From the NCBI GenBank assembly GCA_004764695.1, contig SMSO01000036.1, forward strand, positions 1,860,001-1,924,000: a DNA stretch of 64,000 nt, read 5' to 3'. The stretch is from Schizochytrium sp. TIO01. Lineage: Eukaryota; Protista; Bigyra: Labyrinthulomycetes. Position 1 is the first letter of the stretch. Every line of letters begins with the position of its first letter. The notes below the pieces were generated by a model. That model was not told the origin of the DNA and did no database searches. It worked only from the letters and a program-made list of their open reading frames with translations. Position numbers and translations under genes: made by a program. Below are positions 33,517-45,064 of this stretch, piece after piece.

Positions 33517-36500
33517 GCCTATCTTTTTGATTCAGAAGCTAAGACGCACTGCTGACAATCCATACATTCTGAGCAAACCTATTTTATTTTGAATCCAGTA
33601 ATTCGACTACAAGCGACCCATGATATCCCAATTTTGTCATTTCTTGACCGATCAACTTATCAATAGCTCAGCAAAAGCAGCAAATAAAAGGTTGGGTACG
33701 ATCGGTCGGGTAATCTAGCTAGATGCCAAGATATTTTCTTCTTTCTTCAATTTGTACCCGTCTCCTTCTTCATCATCATTCTCTTTCCCTCTCGATACTC
33801 CTTTTCTCTTGCAAGCTTTGCTTGGTTGCTTTAGACTTTAGAGATTGCTGGCATTTCTTAAGGCTTTTTGAGAAAAGATACCCCAACCTCGTTTTACTTG
33901 AAGACATGTTGCGGTAGTAAACTTTACATAAACGTTATAATAATGAAGGGGGAAAAAAGTGTCCGTGAAGAGGTACACTTAAGACATATTTGAGAATCAA
34001 TGTCACATTTGAATATATTCTAATTTGAGCGACTCGTAGAATTGACATATATCTTGTACTGCCTTAAATTGACGAGGGTATGGCAGAACAGCCTTTCAGC
34101 CTTTCAATACCCGTTGCCTTGACAAGTCGAGCACAACTCTCAAATATGTCAGAATTACAGAAGACGGACAGTTTGCTGAAGTGACGCGTTAAGCACAATT
34201 AGAAAATACATTTTGCTGGCCGTTGCAGTTTCTTTCGCGAGCGTGGTATCTTGCCCAAAGTCATACTATTATTACGTACGCACTCTAGATTGCAAGCTAG
34301 TCATCTGGATGATCAAATTTGTGTTGCTCAAGGCCAGCCAGCTACGAACAGAGCTTCGAGTTAGCTACCTTTTGTCTTCTATTCTTTAAGTTGTTCTTGT
34401 TGAGTTTGATATGTAAGCTGTCCTGCGTTTAAAATTCCTTAATATAGTTGAGCGCTGATTGGTTTCGCATTGGAATTAGTAGTACCAGGTACTCTATATA
34501 TTCTTCGACTGAGAGATCCTATGAATAGCCCACCTGGTATCGCGATGGCTCCACAGTAGTTTGATTGCTACGAGTCCCAACTTTTATGCTGGCGCGTTGC
34601 ATGACCTGCCATAGTTTAGGCTCCCTGAGGGGGTGTACGTAGTAATACGAATGATGTCAAGGACGAAAACTTGCTGCTTACAAGATGGGCTTAGTCGAAG
34701 CGTAGTAGTTTGGTTTGGAAAGAGATATGGTACATCTTTGTTTTAAAGTGCTGCAATTACTTACAGCTTGTCAATGGTTTGCGAGCAGGTACCTTTCTCA
34801 CTAATATGTTACCACCATAGTAATGAATAACAAAGTGTTCCGAGCATGTTAAGAAGAGAGGTTGACAGTTTGCCTTGAGGCTATAGAAATGAGGTTGGCC
34901 CTATGGCTTCGCAAGTATCAAAGAATGCTCTTACGCAGAAATGTGAGTAATGAATGATTTTGTGAAGCAGCGCGTAAAGTAGTACATAGGTCCTACGAAG
35001 GTGTTAGCTAGCATATAATTATTATGTGAAAGACGGACCATCTTCGATCGACACCGTTTTGCGCAAAATAATTCCGTTCGGCAATACGTATGTGATGCAA
35101 CCAGCAGACTGATCAATCTCATTCGATGTCCATCACAAAGACAGGAGCAAACGAGCAGGGTAGGTAAGTCTCTTCGGAATTCTCTTCTACGTATGAGTAG
35201 GTTAAAGCGACCTCAAAAGTTGAGTTTGTTTATTTTCCCTTTAAAGTTATTTTCTTTCTTTCATTCTTTTTCTATTGTATTCTAATTGGTGCGTCGGAGG
35301 TTTCAATTTAATTCACGCCCTCAATGGATCAACTTAAACCTGAACTTGCTGGCCTTCCTAAGTTGACCTTGATCGTGTGCGTGAACCTCGTTTCCCCCGA
35401 CACTCATGACGAAACAAAGATACCCATACCGTCACGAATTGGGTAGGGTCCATCAAGAAAGAGAAACCTTAATTAATTTGTTTTACTGGTATCGTTTTTT
35501 TCATCAGTGCATCAGAAAGTCCAACTGAGGATGTTGATTTTGACAGAGATGTTGAACTCGTGCTGCAGGTACAAGCAAGTTGAAGCAGGAATTCATGGAG
35601 TAATCGATAAGCTCTTGCGAATTTATGAAAGCATGATTCACGAAGGCAGCCAGTCTGCAAACTGGAGAGACGATAAGACCAGACAAGACAAGACACGGTT
35701 TAACTAACAAGGCTGGGGCCATTATACATTATACTTGGGAGCTGCTTCCGTGAAAAGTCGACAACGATATTACTTTTCTTTTTTCTAGTTTGCAGGATGC
35801 ATAAAAATTGATAGTATTTAAAACAAATTAACATTTGTTTTTAATTTAAAAAATTAACATTTGATTTTAAAAAATAAAATGAAGCGCTCCTGGGTGACCA
35901 TTTCCTTCTTTATAATTTCGACTCGCACATATTATCATTGTATGCTGCATCACACACTCTCTCTCAAGAAGCCTGAAAAGTTTGGCAAGCAACAAAGACA
36001 CAAGGACACGCGCTAGCCGAGTTGCTTCTTCGCTTTGCTTTGCAATACTAGGTAATAGTAAATCAGTTTGAGTTATGAGGCTGGGAAATGTTGGAACTCC
36101 TTTAAAGCTGTCGAGCAGACGTTTCACTATGCAAATTCACCGTTTTGCAAAACCTTCTATGTCAGCGAGAAGACAGAGCTTATTCCAAACCTGTCCCAAA
36201 ACGAGCCTTTGCTTATTCTGAATTAGAGAATCTATTTAGGTGGCACGTGACATTAAAGGTTTCTTCTCTTGCTTTTCTTGCATAGACGCTCCACAAGACG
36301 TTTATAAAGACCGCTATTTCCGCCGCTCGATTACCCACGTGAAAACCATGGTGGTTTCTATGAAACTTCATGTAACTAGACTATATCTCCTTTCACACAG
36401 CTGGTAGCCACTTACCTTACCAACAACTACGTATAGCAGCACACGAGAATCTCCAGCTCCTGTCACTGCGGATATGACCTGCCACGAGCGTGATCTTCGG

Positions 36501-38343
36501 CATCGTCGCACCTGCGTGTAAACTCATTAACGAAGATGATGATAGCTTTCAGTTTATTCATAGAAACGATCTCGAAACTCCCTCAGCAAATAAATAAACA
36601 ACACATTTGAAGAATTACCTTCATAATCATACGAGGCTGGTGTTGTATTCTTTAAGGAAAATAAAATTTCATCTTTTCTGGCATTGCAATTAGGATATGC
36701 ACTTTTGTCCAAGGTTGCCCGCCAGCCTGCTAGTCAGTCAGTGAATCTGCCGCTTGTACATTTATTATATTTTTATATCAAGGCAGGGCTAAGGCCAGTT
36801 AGATTTAGTTTCAAAGTTTGGACCCTCACGCCTGGCAGTCGGTGGAAAGTCCAATCAGACGCTTTTCAATAATTTAATTATAATACATTTACAATAGTAA
36901 AAAATGAAATAGACCTGCAATGCTATATTTTGGGTAAGTAGGTGCCTAGGCTCTTTGATATATATATATATATATATGTATATGTATATACTAAATAGGA
37001 AAGTTAAACTTCTATGAGTAAAATAGAAGGTCTATAATAATACCATGCAGTACATATATTTTTTAATAGTTTTTGTTTTGTTTTGTTTTTTTAAACTTAT
37101 ATGGGGCTGTACAATTATCAGATAAGGAACTTAAACTTACATATCAGGGATGTGAGCTTGTTATCCAGCACGTGCCACCATGGGCTAGAAAAGTAGAAAA
37201 GGCCGCCACCAGTGAGAATATATTATACGATCTGATTCAACTAAGTAGTTCACCTTTTGCTCGCTTTCTTATGTGCTAAGCTATTCTCCATCTCAGCTCA
37301 TGAAGTCTGTGAAGGTAAGTTCTTGAAGGTATCACAATTTGAGGTTGAAGAGCTCGTCTTGAGGCTGGCCTTTTTGGATCCTCTATTTTTCTTCCTGGGA
37401 TGATAAATGACAACATGGTGCGAAGAAACCAATGAGTCACCCAAATATATGCAACTGAGGATACTGAGTGGGTGAATGAGCGAGCCGGATTCTTTCTCCA
37501 GGTCGCAAATGTTGTCCCGCGCTGCCACGTCTGGATAACGAGTCTTCGGGAAAGCTTAGCTTTCGATGGTGCCCAATCGATGACAACTGACGATAGTCAC
37601 ATCATTGATCCTCATTCGTGATTCAACTCGATACGGAGGTACCTATTGGCTATTACATTACTGCTGATAATCAATCCATCGGAATCTGTGAGTCCTGCCA
37701 TACACACATCACCCGCGACCCAGCTAGCACACACCTAACATTATCTATAGCAGTGCGCTTGCACCGTGCACCCATACACACCTTTTTCCCTCTCTCCCGC
37801 TGGGTCCTTTATATTTTGTAGTGAATTGAAGACTCTGTTAGGAACTACCAAAGGGAAGAATCATGGCAGTAGTAGTGCTCTGCTCCTCCTCCCGGCGCAG
37901 TTTATTCTTGCACTTGCAGTCCTTCTGAGGACACCACAGGATCAGGTTGCTGGAGAAGAGAAGAGATGCTGTGTTTCCTTCTCGAGAGGGCATAGGCAGC
38001 AAGTATGTGAGGGATCCTCTTGAAAGTCAGCCATCATCAGGCGCTGTTTCATTTAATTAATATTTACTTTTAAAGTAAGAGAATTCGAAATGGAAAGAAG
38101 AAGGAACTTGAAAAAACTAAAGAGAGACTTTAAGCGAGAAGTAACAATTCTCGCTCAAGCTTAATAATCCTCATCCGAGTCTTTCTCAGGAACAGTAGGA
38201 CGTCCTGAGCGAACTATAGTTGGCCTGCGGAAACGCAGTTTTATTTTGTGGGCGCAGCTCGGCAGCGGTCGCAAGCTCGTGCATGGTGCAGTAGAACTCA
38301 CGTAAGCAGGCAACTAACCCCGCTCCCGCGCGAGGAGGCAGAT

Positions 38344-38381
38344 AGTTAGTGTTAGTTAGTTAGTTAGTTAGTCAGTTAGTA
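38344..38381. repeat. (TTAG)n microsatellite
   Basis: Direct reading of the sequence. Confidence 0.85.
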
Positions 38382-40327
38382 AGTTGGTGACTGCCATAAC
38401 TCAGTCAATTTCTTTCTATAAAGTTTATGGTTCTGACCTGAGCTTTAATGGTGAAAAGCTCTCTAGTGTGCATGAAGGTCTATGCGTGTATGAATGCAGG
38501 GATGTGGGCTGGGGTAGCCAGAGGGCCCGTGGCTTCTCTGATGCTCTTGTGCAGGTCTGCAGGTATATATTGATGAACTCAGGTTGGTGTACGAGGCACC
38601 GTGTTGTGGCGAAAATCAATTCTAGCACCACTCGGAAAGACCAGCTTTTGATTTGAAAGAAAAAGAAAAAGAAAAGAAAAGAAGAAAAAGAAAAAGAAAA
38701 AGAAAAAGAAAAGAGAAATAGTATATCCCAGAACCTCGTTGTATGCAAGTAGTAAACGTGCTGCTGCACGTGGCGCATGTGCGAGACGAAGTTCGCTCGA
38801 GCAGAGCCGAACCAGAGCGCTTTGAGCGATACAAGCTCGCACAAGGCAAGTCAGGGACGCCGGATAGATACTCCTAGGCTTTTCAACCACTTTATGTGCT
38901 AGATGACAAGAAGTTACACAGTACATATTATCTGGCGAAGCAAACTCTGACATGATAATTGTTATTGCTGGTACTTCAAGTTAGTAATATTTTCCTTTTT
39001 AAAGTTTGTAACTCTTTTTTCTATGTCCTTTTTAAATTGAAAGTAACAACTTGAATTAAAAGCGCGCAAAAAAAAAGAGAAAAAATATCAATTGCGCATG
39101 TGATGATGATCTTGCGCAAATGAGAAGTACTTGTAGGAGAATAGCACTTGTAGTTCTCCAAATTGAGCCCTTTCACCTGCAGACTAGGCACACTCTCATC
39201 ATTCTGGGTAATGAAATACTATAAGTTGTCATCTTGTTTTCCTTGCACCTGGAGATGCACCACCACAAGGTATAACATAAAGATTTTTTTAAAGTTGTTA
39301 TAAATTTTAAAAATAAGATGGTTCATTTGTATTTTAGTCATGGGAAAGAGCGAAAGTCCATTCCAAACTGTGACTTTAGAAGGCAGGACAAGTTTTTTTA
39401 TAAGAAACGCTTAATCAATATTCGAAAGTCGCAGACAAATCAAGGTGCTATCAGCTGCGATACCGCCATATCAGACAGTAGAAGATATTGGGCAAGAAAT
39501 AAGGAGACAAGTCGGAGAGATCTACTCTATACTACAGGAACCTACTACTATTAGACAATAAAAATGTTTCTTGAACAAAAATACTTATAAAATCGTTTTT
39601 CAACATCTACCTCTCACTTTCACAAAACCACTAGAGTAATTGTTATATCACCAATAGGCTTTGCTGTCGGTGTGTTCTGTTTAAAATAATACATTCTGCT
39701 CATTTCTTTGAGGCCTGAGGAAATAAAAAGTTTTGAACAATGACGAATTGGGAGAAGAAGAGAGAAAGAAACTAAAGAAGAAATACACTCCTTCCTGGCT
39801 CTAGCTCCGTCGCTCGCGGGGCGTGTCTGCATTTCACAATCTCTGAGTCGGGCTAGCCAGGTCGTTAGCTGGTAGGCCAGGGCCCGCAGGCTGGTAGGCG
39901 GCCGCGGAGGTCGGCTCTCGCTCGGATTATCAGTGGCTCGTCTCGCTCGCTCGCTCCATCACATCGCTTGCTCCATCCAAACATCCGTCTTTTCTGGTTT
40001 CTGAAGTAGGCTATTGGCAGTGATTGCAGTTGGCGCGGGTGCACGCTGCCTTCAAAGCTGTCTCAATCTCACTGTCAGTGAACGGTAAGAAAGGCTCACT
40101 TGCCTGATTGATCTTGATTGACTCGTTATCACTTGTACCTGAGATTACGGGAGCAAGCATCCGTTTGCTGATCTCCACATTATACTATTCCGGCGAAATC
40201 AAGTCAAAGAACTCATAAGTGAACAACCTCGTTGAGTTTTGGAAAAGGGAAACAAAACATCATTTTGCTCTTGAGAACCGAATATCAACATAAAGACATC
40301 TCTAAGAGCATTTAGGTGCCCACTGAA

Positions 40328-42184
40328 ATGGACGAAATCCAAGACTGCATTGCCGATGCGCAGTTCGGCGAGGTGCTGCGAGGACGTGAGACCACGAGGC
40401 CCAATGCTCGTATCACCACCCCCCCGCCTGACTTTGACCCAATGGAGTTTGCACAGGAGCGTAAAATGGACATGAGCTTCTGCGTGACCCACCCGGTCGG
40501 TGTGTACATTCTCTCACGTGAGTTCCCTGAGTCCAAGCCAATCTATAAGTTCCTCGAGGCGCTTCATGACCTCAAAAAACTCGATTACCCTTCTGTCGAG
40601 GAGTACTTGCAAATGCTTGATGTTGCACGCCAGCTACCCGAGGACTACCGTGTTCAGGTGAGAGATCTCGCCACAACAGTGACTACATTGGTCCTACCTC
40701 ATTTGCAGAGTACACCAAACATGATGAAGTCCAAATCAAATGGTACCCAAGAGAACTCTGTAGATGAAACCACTGTGGTTGTGAGCGTGACTATCGATGA
40801 TGACGATGATGTACTCGATCTCGATGCGGATGGCACCGATGACGAAGACAAATCTAGCGATGTTCAGAGTGAACGAACTTCAGATGCAGAGCTTGCGCGG
40901 AAGTGTAAGAGTTTAACCCGCCAGCGTACAATGAACAAGAATATGACTGTTGACCAGCTTGAGCACCTCAAGGCAGACTTACTTCGTGCTGAGGAGTCAA
41001 ACTGGGCTCTCTTCACAACATCCGAGGCCTTTATTCGGCTTGTTAATATTATGTGGTATTGTGAACAACCCATCGAGCTTGACCAGTTTAACATCTTCCG
41101 AGACCTTGGACGTGGAGCTTTTGGCGTTGTGGCAGGTGCCAAGTTCCGTGCTACCGGTGCACTTTTGGCTCTGAAGTGTATGAACAAAAAGCTTGTCAAA
41201 GGCAAAAATGCTTTGAAGCTCGTCAAGACTGAACGTGATGTTCTTGCCAAGCTCGGTGAGCACCCATCAACCTTTACAGTGTACGTTCAGTATGCCTTTA
41301 CCGACCGCGACAACTTTTACCTTGCTCTACCGCTTTGTTCAGGTGGTGATCTTCAGTATCACCTTGCCGTTGAGCGTTATTTTGAGCCGGAGCGTGCTCG
41401 TTACCACATTGCCGAAGTTGTCCTTGGCATTGAGCACCTGCATAGCCTAGGGATTGTCTATCGTGACTTGAAACCAGATAACATCCTCCTTGACGAAAAT
41501 GGGCATTGTCGCATTTCCGACATGGGTCTTGCAATTGTTACAAACGGCAGACATCTCCGAGGTCGCGCAGGTACGCCGGGCTACTGGGCACCTGAGATGC
41601 TCACTAAAAAGCGCTACTCTTTCCCAGTAGACTGGTGGAGTCTTGGATGTGTACTTTACGAGCTGCTTTCTGGAAGGTGTCCATTCTCAAAGCTCAACAC
41701 CAAAATGGAACGCGACGAAGCTACACTTCAGTGGGAAATTACGTACCCAGAGAAGCTTGGCTGTGGTGTAGGTGGTGAGGTGCGCCCATTTCCTGATGAT
41801 GCAAAGGCTTTCCTTGAACGCCTCTTAGTACGCGATAAGAACAAGCGTCTTGGTGCATCAGAGCGTGGTGCCGAGGAAGTCAAGGAGGATACCTATTTTA
41901 CTGGTCTTGACTGGGCTAAACTTGCACGTAAAGATATTACTCCACCCTGGGTGCCAAAGCGTGAGCAGATTCATGCCTTTAACCAGAGTGACCTAGATGG
42001 CAAGGCCAACGAGCATGACTACCGCAAGATCAAACTCACCCCAGAAGATGATCTTGCAGATTTCGACTACACCTCTTCTCTCAAGCATGAGGAGGATCTT
42101 GTAGAGGTTCTCAAGCTTGAAGATGAGGGAAAGCTTACCTACCTTCAGCGTGGCGACCAAGCAGCGTGTTGCACGCTCTCATAG
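40328..42184 (+). CDS. GRK: G protein-coupled receptor kinase (GRK)-like AGC kinase with RH domain and C-terminal CaaX
   Basis: N-terminal helix MDEIQDCIADAQF; RH-like segments (HPVG, FLEAL; F..SEAFIRL...WY.EQPI..DQF.IFRDLGRGAFG). Kinase motifs ALK, YRDLKPDN, RISDMGLA and GTPGYWAPE; AGC tail PPWVP; ends CCTLS*. Likely 5'UTR intron about 40085-40315. Confidence 0.85.
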   Translation: MDEIQDCIADAQFGEVLRGRETTRPNARITTPPPDFDPMEFAQERKMDMSFCVTHPVGVYILSREFPESKPIYKFLEALHDLKKLDYPSVEEYLQMLDVARQLPEDYRVQVRDLATTVTTLVLPHLQSTPNMMKSKSNGTQENSVDETTVVVSVTIDDDDDVLDLDADGTDDEDKSSDVQSERTSDAELARKCKSLTRQRTMNKNMTVDQLEHLKADLLRAEESNWALFTTSEAFIRLVNIMWYCEQPIELDQFNIFRDLGRGAFGVVAGAKFRATGALLALKCMNKKLVKGKNALKLVKTERDVLAKLGEHPSTFTVYVQYAFTDRDNFYLALPLCSGGDLQYHLAVERYFEPERARYHIAEVVLGIEHLHSLGIVYRDLKPDNILLDENGHCRISDMGLAIVTNGRHLRGRAGTPGYWAPEMLTKKRYSFPVDWWSLGCVLYELLSGRCPFSKLNTKMERDEATLQWEITYPEKLGCGVGGEVRPFPDDAKAFLERLLVRDKNKRLGASERGAEEVKEDTYFTGLDWAKLARKDITPPWVPKREQIHAFNQSDLDGKANEHDYRKIKLTPEDDLADFDYTSSLKHEEDLVEVLKLEDEGKLTYLQRGDQAACCTLS

Positions 42185-44107
42185 CTGCTATGAATTCTAT
42201 CATGTGGTGATTCAAGAGATGCCACATTCGCCATACTTCGACAATATTCACTTTCACTGCTACTACTACTGCTACTATTGCTAGTACTACTACAACTACA
42301 CATATACACACCCTGAGGCTATTTTCCACATAAATTTGCCTCTTTTTTTAAATTGTGCTTTTTCCAAGGTGTTGATTAATCTACTATCAAGTCAAGTGAT
42401 CGGCCATTATATCTGCACAATTCACTTCATATGTCTTTTCGTGTCCTTCGACTTATATTGCTCCGTCTACTACTCTTTTCGTAAACAAGTCTAACGTCAT
42501 CATTGTGTTTTTTTTGTTTTTTCTTTTTCTTTGAGACTTGAGAAGCTCGAAGTATGAAATCATGACCATGGATCAATGGAACTTGGTATGTTGAAGTTCC
42601 AAAATTATATCCTCGACGCATACACCTTCTATATATTTTTCATGTTGTTTAAAATTATTCCTACAGAGAAAAAGAAGAGTTTACCATATTTTGCTTTTGC
42701 ACTCACCGCGAGCGAGCTACTTTGCGAGCGGTGAGCGCAATCCGGATATACACGATCAATTTAGAAACCATCGGGCTAAAATAGATTGGTTTAATGCACC
42801 ACGAGATATCCTAATCTCAGGGCTGCTCTCAGATTATCTTTCGCAACCAAGAAATCTGCGAGTAGCTTGAAGAACCAGTTAGCCTAGAAGAGAGTCAGAA
42901 AGTATTGTCGAGGAAGGCATGGCTTTAAACAATATTTCATTAACAAAGCTCCTGGCTGGTGAATTTAGCAGCACTGTACTTAGAATGTTCTAATGTGTGT
43001 CAAAAACAAAAGGCATCACAGTGCTATATGAAGAGGGCGCTTAAAGTGGACGAAATCAGAGGAAAAACCTATCTACAAAACACCCTTATAAAATGAAAGA
43101 TAAATAGGACCAAAAATATGATTATCTCCTACACGTATCGCTATGCGTTCGAAGTCTCGTTTCTCGTGTCCACCAGCCAATGCCGTCGAATCCTCGTCTC
43201 TTGAGACCTGCGTTCATGATCACAAGAAATGAACTCAAAGCAGCTAGGTTACTATCTCTGCATACCCACAAAAAAACAGAGCCTCGACAAAAGATTAAGT
43301 GTGGCCAGAACACTACCTCGAGAAAAAAAGAAAAAAAGACAGTGAAATTTTGGCATGGCAGATCATAATTTGGCGAGATTGCAGAGTGTCGGTCAGTAAA
43401 TTTGTCAATATGCTATTTACGGGAAAGACCTCTACACCTTGGGTGGTGCTAGGTAGTATACTTCATATGAGGTTAACGCTACCATAGAAGGATCCAAGAA
43501 ACCCGATCTGCATTTTCTTACGTTTCTGTGATGTTAAGCAACTTTGATCGGTAGAATAGTGTAATCGATTGAGTTATACTGAAATAGATTGAACTCGTCA
43601 TCTATTAAGCGGCATCCGCGTCCTTCTTCCGAGCATGATCTTTCTGTGAGCCTGTTGAATTCTTAGTTGGACCTGCCCAAGAATAATGCATGGAGATTCA
43701 GGAGCGCCATGAACATTGATATTTTATTACTCTCGAGTCTGCTTTGCGGGCCTGCAGAACCATCTCTGTTGACTGAAGGGACCTGGTCCTAACGCCCAAG
43801 CCAGCTTTGCAAAGGGGTAACGGGGGGTAAGGCCAAACATAGCTATTTTCACTCCATATCTGGAAAGGTATATAAAAATAATAACAATGCAATTCAAAAC
43901 CATCTGGTGCAGACAGGGAAGACTTTCACAAATGATAGGGAGGTCTACAGACGGGAAAGGGGGGGGGGGTGTAAAATGCCATGGCACAGCGCAGGATATC
44001 GCTGCTAATACACTGGAAATCACAAAACATGAGAGAATAAGAGAAATCATTCAAAAGGCATCATGGCAAGTAGATACCATGCCTACTGCAGTGTGGAGTG
44101 TATATAT

Positions 44108-45064
44108 TTAGGCAGAAATGCGAGATTTTTTGGCAGCGCTACCCTCTTCCTCAGCAAACGGAGAGGTGGCAAGTGAGCCAGCTAAAGATGCCTCGGTGCG
44201 CGTGAACGGCCTGGGGTGTTCATAGACATCAAGAATGCGATTGACGATTTCCTCAATCTGGTCTTTAGGGAAACCAAAGAGAGCAGTGGCTCCTGGCTTT
44301 AGGTGGTCCCTTTCAATAGCATCTGCGATCTCCCAACTAGCCTGTGCAGCCTTGTCCTGACCACGACTCCTAATAAGGTAATATGCCAAAAGTACTGACG
44401 CTGCTGCAACTGCACGCGGCTTGAATCTCACGCATACGTCTGTGAACATGGAGTCATTCAAGAATGTCCAAGATGCCAGCCTGAACTCATTGAACTTCTT
44501 CGCCGGTTTGGCTACATTCTTAATAATTTCCACAGCACTGACGTGGGGGTGGTCCACGCTGACATCAAAAGATAGTGTGTGAAGGAGAACACGCTCGCAA
44601 AGCAAGACCTTTTCCTCAACAATTTTCCGGATAAGTTTTTCTCTTGGCACTGGCGCATCGTCGATGAAACCTGAGATTTTTGCAAATCTGGCTGATGCGC
44701 CACCATGCATGGCTTCTTGGACACAGCCGTTGCGGCTAAAGTTGTGGATCGAGGCTGCAGCCCTGACAACCTCCTCAAGCTTCTTCATATCCTCCTCGAC
44801 CTTGGCTGCGAGAAAAACGGCTGCAGTCCCCGCAACGAAACGATCATGCTCCTCGAGCGCCTGCTTCTCGTAGAACCTATGGAAAAATACCAAAGCTGTG
44901 CACTGCGAAAGAAGCTTGAGCTTTAACACGTCGCAAAGCTTCTTAATGTAAGCGCATCCACAGAGAATCAGGGACTTGCGTTCTTCACGCGTCCACTTCA
45001 GGCCTTGCGGAGGGCCCGGAGCGGCACCCGTGGAGGCCGCATCGTCGTCGCTGCTGGCGAGCAT
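44108..45064 (-). CDS. Transcriptional cyclin (cyclin K/T/L-like)
   Basis: TALVFFHRFY, AAVFLAAKVEE, ERVLLHTLSFD...HPH, AW.FLNDS and a basic C-terminal NLS-like AKKSR. Confidence 0.9.
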   Translation of the reverse strand: MLASSDDDAASTGAAPGPPQGLKWTREERKSLILCGCAYIKKLCDVLKLKLLSQCTALVFFHRFYEKQALEEHDRFVAGTAAVFLAAKVEEDMKKLEEVVRAAASIHNFSRNGCVQEAMHGGASARFAKISGFIDDAPVPREKLIRKIVEEKVLLCERVLLHTLSFDVSVDHPHVSAVEIIKNVAKPAKKFNEFRLASWTFLNDSMFTDVCVRFKPRAVAAASVLLAYYLIRSRGQDKAAQASWEIADAIERDHLKPGATALFGFPKDQIEEIVNRILDVYEHPRPFTRTEASLAGSLATSPFAEEEGSAAKKSRISA

